Source: Candidatus Bathyarchaeota archaeon
Lineage (GTDB): Archaea > Thermoproteota > Bathyarchaeia > Bathyarchaeales > Bathycorpusculaceae
Reading direction: 5' to 3'
Length of the DNA: 64,000 bases
NCBI GenBank assembly: GCA_963702095.1
Contig: OY969706.1
Location: 2,048,001-2,112,000 of the forward strand
Position numbers and translations under genes: made by a program. How positions within the stretch are numbered: the first letter of the stretch is position 1; the number at the start of each line of letters is the position of its first letter. The notes under the pieces were generated by a model. That model did no database searches and was not told the DNA's origin. It saw only the letters and a program-made list of their open reading frames with translations. Shown here in pieces: positions 1-8,113 of this stretch.

Positions 1-61
1 GCAACAACAACTATAGAAGAAACCATTTTTTAGAAAATAAGAAATAGAATTGTAACCCAAT

Positions 62-103
62 TTGCTCAGCTACAGGGTTGCTATTAGTGGGCTTTGACGT
101 ATA
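62..103 (-). other. 3' arm of pre-16S processing stem (pairs with 1765-1800)
   Basis: TGGGCTTTGACGTATA (88-103) is the exact reverse complement of 1765-1780. A second 11-bp helix forms between 62-72 and 1790-1800, with a relaxed BHB-like interior. Confidence 0.85.
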
Positions 104-160
104 TCCTGGATATATGCTCTCCTTGCTCCTCCAGTTAAGCAGATACATGCTTATTTACTT

Positions 161-1650
<1,490 letters not shown>

Positions 1651-1764
1651 TATGCACTCCGATGTGATTTGTCGGATCTTTTGTTTTTTGTGTGGTACGA
1701 ATATATTGACACATTTCCTCGCATTCTCTAACTTAACTGGATTTGGAGGGAAAACATTCCACTC

Positions 1765-1800
1765 TATACGTCAAAGCCCAATTCAGACCTAACTGAGCAA
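1765..1800 (-). other. 5' arm of pre-16S processing stem
   Basis: Complementary to 62-103, flanking the mature 16S. Confidence 0.85.
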
Positions 1801-1949
1801 TTAGTCAGGTCTACATACGTGTCCCCGCAATTGGAGGCCAACTCCATCATCCCTGTAAGGCGAATCGCCGTTTCGGTACGGGTTGAGCCGCCGCCATGTG
1901 AAATTGCGGGGCTAGCAATTGTAGCTGAATTCTAACAGAAGTGACCTTA

Positions 1950-1968
1950 ATTGATATAAAGGTTTCTT
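1950..1968 (-). promoter_or_regulatory. Probable 16S promoter (BRE/TATA)
   Basis: Minus strand reads AAAGAAACCTTTATATC about 300 nt upstream of mature 16S, ahead of a hairpin-rich leader. Confidence 0.6.
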
Positions 1969-2300
1969 TTAACCCCATACAAACGTCGCCTACCATAGTA
2001 GACCGCGTTTTATGAGTCTCCTTCTGCCTAACAACATATTGTTTTGATTAGTTTTTAACGTTTCGACTCAGTTTTTGAAGAACACAGCGTTTCCACAGTT
2101 GGGCTTTAGAGGGGAGTTTTGGGCTTTTTCAGAGGGAAAAGCCGTTGATAAGCAGCAAAACAGTGAAAAAAAGGTTTCCCCCCGCAACTTCCCTCCCCAA
2201 AACTGATTTTCGACGTATTAATGGGCTGATTTAAGCCAATATGGACTTACAGTTTTTTGGGATGCCCTTTTGATTTACAAAAGTCCCTTTTGTTTAGCCT

Positions 2301-2580
2301 TTCTCTCTTTATGTGGGTGTGGCGTTTTATGGGGTGCCCCAAGATGGGTTGAGATGGCGATGGCTTTTTGTGGAGGCGTTGCGTTTTGGCGCCTGTTTCG
2401 GTGTGGAAAGTGCGATTTCTTCCACAAGTGACCAGCAATGAACAGCGCAATGCAAGCGGGCACTAGCATAGCCCTCCGACAACCTAAGCCACCTCTCACA
2501 CCCAACCAACCCCGCCCCAAAAAAGAATCCCCACAAACAAAAACACAACAAAAAAGCACAATACAACCAACAAAACCCCT
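2301..2580. repeat. Dispersed intergenic repeat family 1, copy A
   Basis: Colinear blocks shared with 55993-56330: CTCTTTATGTGGGTGTGG, GCGCCTGTTWCGGTGTGG, AGCAATGAACAGC and AAAAGCACAATACA. Confidence 0.8.
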
Positions 2581-2711
2581 CACCCCAAAACAGCCCAAAG
2601 CCCATCAAAATAGCCCCGACACACCGCAACCAAACCCACATGCCGACTCCACAAATCAGGTCCACTTGCCAAACGGACAGCCCCCATCAAACGCAACCGC
2701 CACGGCGTTTC

Positions 2712-3215
2712 CTAAGGAATAGCACCGCTTATCATGTTGTTGATATCTAAGTCGGCGAATTGCCCAGTTATCCATTCTGCGATTTGGTCTCTTACTGTGC
2801 GGAACGCTTGGAGTTTTTCTTCTTCTGTGCCGTCCACTTCGGAGAGGTCGCTAAATCCATGGACCAAATAATGTTTGGTTTTATGCAGTTTTGCGTTGAT
2901 AACTTGGGGTCGCCCCATGACGAGGGGTGATGAGCAGAGTGCGCAGAGTGTTTTGGCGCTGCTTTTACACACCGACACTGCTAAGTCGATTTCTTTGTCA
3001 CTAAAGTCATCTAGGCTCTTAGAGTACTGTTTTGAGATGTCTACTCCTATTTCTGCCATAGCTTTAACAGCCAATGGATTAACTTTTGTCGGGTTGGTAC
3101 CAGCACTGAAAACTTTGTATTTTTCCCCGTAAATGTGCCGCAACAACCCTTCCGCCATCTGGGAGCGTGCGGAGTTGTGGGTGCAGATAAAGAGGATTCT
3201 TGGTTTAGGCATCAT
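2712..3215 (-). CDS. arsC: Arsenate reductase, LMW-PTP (thioredoxin-type) family
   Basis: ILFICTHNSARSQMAEG P-loop (CX5R); C-terminal FRTVRDQI. Confidence 0.9.
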   Translation of the reverse strand: MMPKPRILFICTHNSARSQMAEGLLRHIYGEKYKVFSAGTNPTKVNPLAVKAMAEIGVDISKQYSKSLDDFSDKEIDLAVSVCKSSAKTLCALCSSPLVMGRPQVINAKLHKTKHYLVHGFSDLSEVDGTEEEKLQAFRTVRDQIAEWITGQFADLDINNMISGAIP

Positions 3216-3265
3216 CTGGATTTACTCTGAAATTCTTCCTTTTAACCAATTCGTCAGTATTCTAA

Positions 3266-3553
3266 TTAGGCGCGCCCATGCTCTACCTTCTTTATTTCTG
3301 ACCGTTTAGTGGGACGGTAAATTATGACCAGCCAGTTGTCTGCTGAAACGTTGACTTGGTATCCGTATTGCTGTGCGATGGTTTCCACACACCGTAGCCT
3401 GCTGGCAGTAACCTTCATTTTGATGTGCACTTGGTAGCCTTTGGAGAGCAAGCTGCTTTCATTGGGCTCAATAAGCATAAGCGAGGAGCCACGGATGTCT
3501 TTGCATTCCTCATCGATTTCACGAATAATGCTTATAGCTTCTTCCCTGTTCAA
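3266..3553 (-). CDS. Hypothetical protein
   Basis: 95-aa ORF with natural composition, co-oriented upstream of arsC. Confidence 0.6.
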   Translation of the reverse strand: MNREEAISIIREIDEECKDIRGSSLMLIEPNESSLLSKGYQVHIKMKVTASRLRCVETIAQQYGYQVNVSADNWLVIIYRPTKRSEIKKVEHGRA

Positions 3554-3701
3554 AACCTAAAACCACTGAACAATGAGTGTGGAGCGCCTTATTTCTGCTT
3601 GCTGTTGATTAGCTACAATCACTAAGCCAGAAGATAACTTTAAGAATTAAGATTTAAAAAAAATAAAAAGGGAAAGGGAATTTGATTTTACCCTTAGATA
3701 C

Positions 3702-6272
3702 TTAGTGTTTCTTAACTGCCATCATGATGACTGCGCCGACTATGGCAATTGCGATGATTATTGCAATTGTCGAAGCAGCGAAGTACATCTCAGTAGGTGG
3801 CAATGCTTGAACCGGGGCAGGTGTTGGAGTTGCTGCTGCTGGATCAACGGTAAATGCTGTATCAGCGCTTGATGAGTAGTATGATTCTGAGCCTGCGAAG
3901 ACTGCGTAGACAGTGAATGGACCTTCGATGTCTGGCATCCAATTGAAACTGAAGAATCCGTCAGCATTGCTTGTGGTACAGCCGACTTGGCGGTAGTTGC
4001 CATTAGCATCAAGCACATAGATATCAACGTTAACACCGGTAGCATTGTACGGTTTAGGCTGCTGCCCATAGAGGTACTCCATCCACTCCTCCATACTTGC
4101 ATCTGAAACTGCTGGAGTGCCAGCGGCTGGGATGCCTAAGCATGTTTCGCCTGGAGACTGATCTGTAACAGTACCGCGAATAGTCACACTAGAGCCCATA
4201 GATACAGCACTCATAGGAGCATCAACAGTGACTGCGCTTCTACCTTTACCGTATGCATAGATTTGGTTGTCATACGAGTTAGGTAGCAGTAACACGCCGT
4301 CTGCTGCGCCGACTACTGGACTGTTGGAGTGGCAGAAGCTTAGTATTTGCCAGACTGTTTCGCCTGTAGTTGCGTTGATAGCTACTGCATGTGAGCCTCG
4401 GAACATTGGCGGGTTGTATGTGTGGCCTTGGTTAATGAAGACTTTGCCGTCAGCAACGAGTTCAATGACTTTACCTGGGAATGAACCGTAGACTGTGTCA
4501 TAGCCCGAGTCACCAGCGTACCATGTCCATTTGAGTTCGCCAGTGTTGGCGTCCCAAGCATAGACGTGGCCGTCAAAGGTACCTTGGTAGAGCATGCCGT
4601 AGGCTTCGATTGGTCGATAGGCTGCGAAGTAAGTCCACATGTTACCTCCGTCTGGGAAGTAGCATTTACAGACTAGTGCGCCTGTGTCTGCGTTGTAGAG
4701 GTCAATTGATTGTTTGCCCTCTGTGACAAGTTCACAGTATTTGCCATTGCCAGAGGTGTAGAGAAGAATTCTGTTCCATGGGGCTTCGTTGGTGCGGTTT
4801 ACGAGGAATTTTTGGTGTCCGTCTGTTAAGTCGTAGCCTGCTTCTACTTGCCAGTTTGCCCAGTTTCCAGTGGTGCCATAGCCCATGATGACTGAGTTAC
4901 CGGATATGCCTATGTTGCCACTTGATTGTGGACCAGAGAGAGTCAGTCGAATCGGGTTGCCATCAATGCTCATTGCGATGGGTGCCTGCCATTGGATGCC
5001 GTAGGTCCAGTTGAGTGTCGAGCCCTGGGTTGGTTGGAATCTCCAGTTTGAGATGTCACCGGTTCCGTTTCTTGCAAGTATGCATCGACTTGAGTTCCAG
5101 CATGTGAGATAGTACTGGCTTTGGTTGCTTGTGTCAATGTAGTAGTCAAGTATGCTGCCGTCATCTGAAGCCATAAAGTCGCCGTTAGTATTGCCGCCGA
5201 AGATGTCGAGTATCCAGTTGCCTGTGGTTGCCTCATACATAGACCATGTTGAGCCAGAAGTAGACCAAAGATACGCTTGTCCGCCGTATTGATTAGGTGA
5301 AATATAATTGTAGACCTGACCCATTCTTAGGGTTCCCTTCCAATCGTTCCGATCCCAGACGATTTCGCCTGTCTTGATGTTCTGAGCGATTGTGCCTTCA
5401 GGTAAAGATCCGCTTGCGGGTAGGTAAGTGTAGTAGACAATGCCGTTAATGATGACTTCCTTGAACTTGCATTCATACTGAGCAGTAGCATAATAATTGC
5501 TATTCAATGTATCACCATATTCGCCGCCGATCAAGCCGCCGGGGGCTAATGGTGTAGTCCATAGAACATGTGGAGTGTTAACGATTTGGACGTAGGGGTC
5601 GAAGTTGCCGGTCATGTTATAGCCGTAGCCAGCGTTGGTGTATGCTTGCATGCCGAACCAGTTGCCGCTGATGGTGTTCCAGTTGTTGTTCATCATGTTT
5701 ATGGGGCGTTGCCAGTAATCAGTCGGTAATGGATTGTTTGGGAGACTGGTTGCGTGTTCATCAGTTACTGTGACAGTTACTACTTCGCTGTCACTTGGCA
5801 GGTATTTATCACCGATGTAGACTGCATAGCTTGCATAGCTTCCAACCCATCCTCCCGGCGGCGGGTTTTCACCGGTTAGTTCTTCGCCGAGGAAGTGGCA
5901 TTGGAAGGTGTAGTTTCCTTCGCGGTCAGGTGTCCATGTAGTGTAAGAGAAGCCAGTATCGTCAGCTACGAAGCCTGTAAGGGTTTTGCTTGTTCCGTCA
6001 GGATAGCCAATTGTGAGGGTAAGGTTGTTCCATCTGTCGCCATATCTGGTGGCAACGGTCATGGGGACTTTGTCGATGCCGAAGGTAACGAATGCTTCCT
6101 GTCCGACGCCTACTGGGCGCGGGTTGACTTCAACGTATGCATAAGTGGTTACTGTGTAGGGGTGGTTGTCTGCTTTTGCGGTTGGAATAGCGATTATGGC
6201 TGCTGCAATTGATAGCAATAGTATAGCAGTTAGGGTAGTTGCTAATATTTTATTAAATTTTTTGCTTTGCAT
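3702..6272 (-). CDS. Secreted, membrane-anchored PQQ-like beta-propeller repeat protein
   Basis: Signal peptide; DGHVYAWDANTGELKWTW-type repeats; Ig-like ends; Pro/Thr linker and C-terminal TM helix with basic tail. Confidence 0.88.
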   Translation of the reverse strand: MQSKKFNKILATTLTAILLLSIAAAIIAIPTAKADNHPYTVTTYAYVEVNPRPVGVGQEAFVTFGIDKVPMTVATRYGDRWNNLTLTIGYPDGTSKTLTGFVADDTGFSYTTWTPDREGNYTFQCHFLGEELTGENPPPGGWVGSYASYAVYIGDKYLPSDSEVVTVTVTDEHATSLPNNPLPTDYWQRPINMMNNNWNTISGNWFGMQAYTNAGYGYNMTGNFDPYVQIVNTPHVLWTTPLAPGGLIGGEYGDTLNSNYYATAQYECKFKEVIINGIVYYTYLPASGSLPEGTIAQNIKTGEIVWDRNDWKGTLRMGQVYNYISPNQYGGQAYLWSTSGSTWSMYEATTGNWILDIFGGNTNGDFMASDDGSILDYYIDTSNQSQYYLTCWNSSRCILARNGTGDISNWRFQPTQGSTLNWTYGIQWQAPIAMSIDGNPIRLTLSGPQSSGNIGISGNSVIMGYGTTGNWANWQVEAGYDLTDGHQKFLVNRTNEAPWNRILLYTSGNGKYCELVTEGKQSIDLYNADTGALVCKCYFPDGGNMWTYFAAYRPIEAYGMLYQGTFDGHVYAWDANTGELKWTWYAGDSGYDTVYGSFPGKVIELVADGKVFINQGHTYNPPMFRGSHAVAINATTGETVWQILSFCHSNSPVVGAADGVLLLPNSYDNQIYAYGKGRSAVTVDAPMSAVSMGSSVTIRGTVTDQSPGETCLGIPAAGTPAVSDASMEEWMEYLYGQQPKPYNATGVNVDIYVLDANGNYRQVGCTTSNADGFFSFNWMPDIEGPFTVYAVFAGSESYYSSSADTAFTVDPAAATPTPAPVQALPPTEMYFAASTIAIIIAIAIVGAVIMMAVKKH

Positions 6273-6552
6273 TTTTTCAACTCTTTTATCCTTAAACGGG
6301 TTAAGGATGCCATTTATGTGTAGTTGATCGCTATTTAAGAATTATGCAAATAAACGCACACAAGTTAACATGGTTGCTTTGAGATGAATAAAGAAAGCAT
6401 CGATAAAATGCTTTTGAACAATTCATTATAATCCTAAATATTATTGTTCTTAAGCATTTTAGAAAAAGTTAAAAAAACAAGTTAACTACCAAAATTTGAA
6501 ATCTAAGACCCTAAAGAATAAAGAAAAGAGCATTTTTTAAACAAAACCAACC

Positions 6553-6890
6553 GATAATGTGGACCCTAACAGCGCCAACTCAGATGACGATGGATGAAGA
6601 GGGGGCGAAGAAACTTAACAGGAACCACCAAGCCCTCTGCCGTCGAAAAGGCTACAAACGACGGTACACAAAAAAAGTTTTTCTTCCCAACCCTCTTTCG
6701 TTGGCGCTGATGTTTGAACTCCGTGCATCTCCGAGAAGTACCTGTCATAATCCGCTCATAATGCGAAGGTTTTCTATATGCTTACGGGTATTTACCGTCA
6801 GAAGTCATTTTGGGCTCCAATTCCACGCGATCACTATTCGAGCATGCGGTAATCTATCGCTTTGTTACTGCAGGGTGTGCCCACATTATC
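6553..6890 (+). ncRNA. Candidate ~340-nt structured non-coding RNA (unknown class)
   Basis: Terminal stem 6553-6562/6881-6890 (10 bp perfect) encloses nested stems 6570-6579/6700-6709, 6596-6603/6691-6698 and 6607-6616/6675-6686, plus GCCGTCG/CGACGGT. Followed by a T-rich tract. Confidence 0.5.
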
Positions 6891-6949
6891 TTTTATTTCT
6901 ATTTGAAAATTAGGTTGTTGTGTGGAAAAGGAGTGAATGGTGCCCGACA

Positions 6950-7050
6950 GTTGGGCGGGTCCGGCTGCTAAAGTTGAGAAGGCATGGATCTACAATTTTT
7001 GTGCTTGCTCAACCTTAGCACGGGGCTGAATCCGCTTAACAACTTTTTTT
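6950..7050 (+). ncRNA. Long irregular hairpin followed by T7; candidate sRNA or terminator
   Basis: 6950-6960/7030-7040 (11 bp, 3 G.U) and 6966-6978/7008-7020 (12 of 13 paired). Confidence 0.45.
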
Positions 7051-7122
7051 GCGCACAAGTGTTGTAGTGCTACTACAATCACATTGTTATTTATGGTTCT
7101 ACGTGGATATATCTGATACAGA

Positions 7123-7220
7123 AAAGGTTAGCTTAAAAACAGGCGAGGTTGTGTTTCCCCTCTCTCTTCCTGAAAATTTCGCTTGTTTTTAAGCTGATCT
7201 TCCCCTCTCGACCCACCTCA
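7123..7220 (+). ncRNA. ~27-bp hairpin with CU-rich loop; candidate sRNA
   Basis: 7124-7150 pairs with 7175-7201 with five G.U pairs on the + strand. TTCCCCTCTC occurs in the loop and again after the stem. Confidence 0.45.
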
Positions 7221-7355
7221 TTTTATTGTTTAGCTAAATAAAAATTTATTGACCTTATACCGCTAACTTGTTTGGGGTACTTCCTTCCCTATTCCATCCA
7301 AAAAAGCGTTTAGCCGGGTAAAGCTTTATTGACACTTTTCCTTTTGTAGGTTGTT

Positions 7356-7496
7356 ATGCCGACGTTTGAATGCAGTGTATGTGGGCGCAAAATACGCGGT
7401 GAATTTGAGGTTTCCTGCACAGGCGATGCGAAAAGGAACGTAGAGAAGGCGCCCTGGTGCTGTGGCAGAGAAATGATTGAATCAATCGACGACTAA
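7356..7496 (+). CDS. 46-aa metal-binding microprotein (CxxC...CCG, desulforedoxin/zinc-ribbon-like)
   Basis: Manual translation MPTFECSVCGRKIRGEFEVSCTGDAKRNVEKAPWCCGREMIESIDD; below the ORF-track cutoff. Confidence 0.75.
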   Translation: MPTFECSVCGRKIRGEFEVSCTGDAKRNVEKAPWCCGREMIESIDD

Positions 7497-7978
7497 AGCT
7501 TTGAATTTGTGTAGAAGGTTGCTAAGAACTGCTTGAGGTTTCTATGCAGTCTAATTGCGGGTTGCCTTAGACACTCTGTGAATTCAGGGCTTGGCTGAAA
7601 GTACCCATGCTGTGTAAGGTAAAAGATTACACTTGAGTAGTCGCCTGCTAATGCACATGTGATTTCTTTTCTGCCCAACTCAAGGTAGGCGTAATAGCGG
7701 TGGTGCCCGTCTAAAACTGCATACAGGTCTTTACGCGGATGCTTAACAACGATTAGGGGGTTGATTTTTTGTTTTTCAACGATTTTTTGCTTGTAAACCT
7801 TTATGCCCTGCCTAGAAACCTTGGAGTCAGCAACCAACTTTTCTGTAGGTAAACAAACAGCGTATTTGTTAGGGTGCAAAAAGACATCAACGTTTATTTC
7901 AGTTTGTCCGCTGATAAATTTCGAGAAATCATCCTTCAAAGAATAAAACAAAGCTACAACCGACAACAAAAACCGCAC
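7493..7978 (-). CDS. ParB/sulfiredoxin N-terminal domain protein
   Basis: NPLIVVKHP...YAVLDGHHRYYAY motif. Confidence 0.8.
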   Translation of the reverse strand: MRFLLSVVALFYSLKDDFSKFISGQTEINVDVFLHPNKYAVCLPTEKLVADSKVSRQGIKVYKQKIVEKQKINPLIVVKHPRKDLYAVLDGHHRYYAYLELGRKEITCALAGDYSSVIFYLTQHGYFQPSPEFTECLRQPAIRLHRNLKQFLATFYTNSKL

Positions 7979-8113
7979 GTTACCAGTATTTTGTGTCTCT
8001 AACGCTAAATTAAGTCTTACATTGCTTGTTTAACCACTAAACAAATAAAGGATTCTCCATAAAAAAATACGCGTTCAATTTCTTAGGATCCAAAAGAAAA
8101 TAAAACTGGGAAA

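Noticed and set aside
6355-6390. Cobalt-type operator upstream of the beta-propeller gene (ACACAAGTTAA)
   Set aside because: Only a half match, with wrong spacing to the TATA, in AT-rich sequence
6553-6890. RNase P RNA, SRP RNA or hammerhead ribozyme
   Set aside because: No GAGGAAAGUCC/CR-V pair, no SRP helix-8 CAGG-GNRA-AGCA, and no CUGAUGA-GAAA core on either strand
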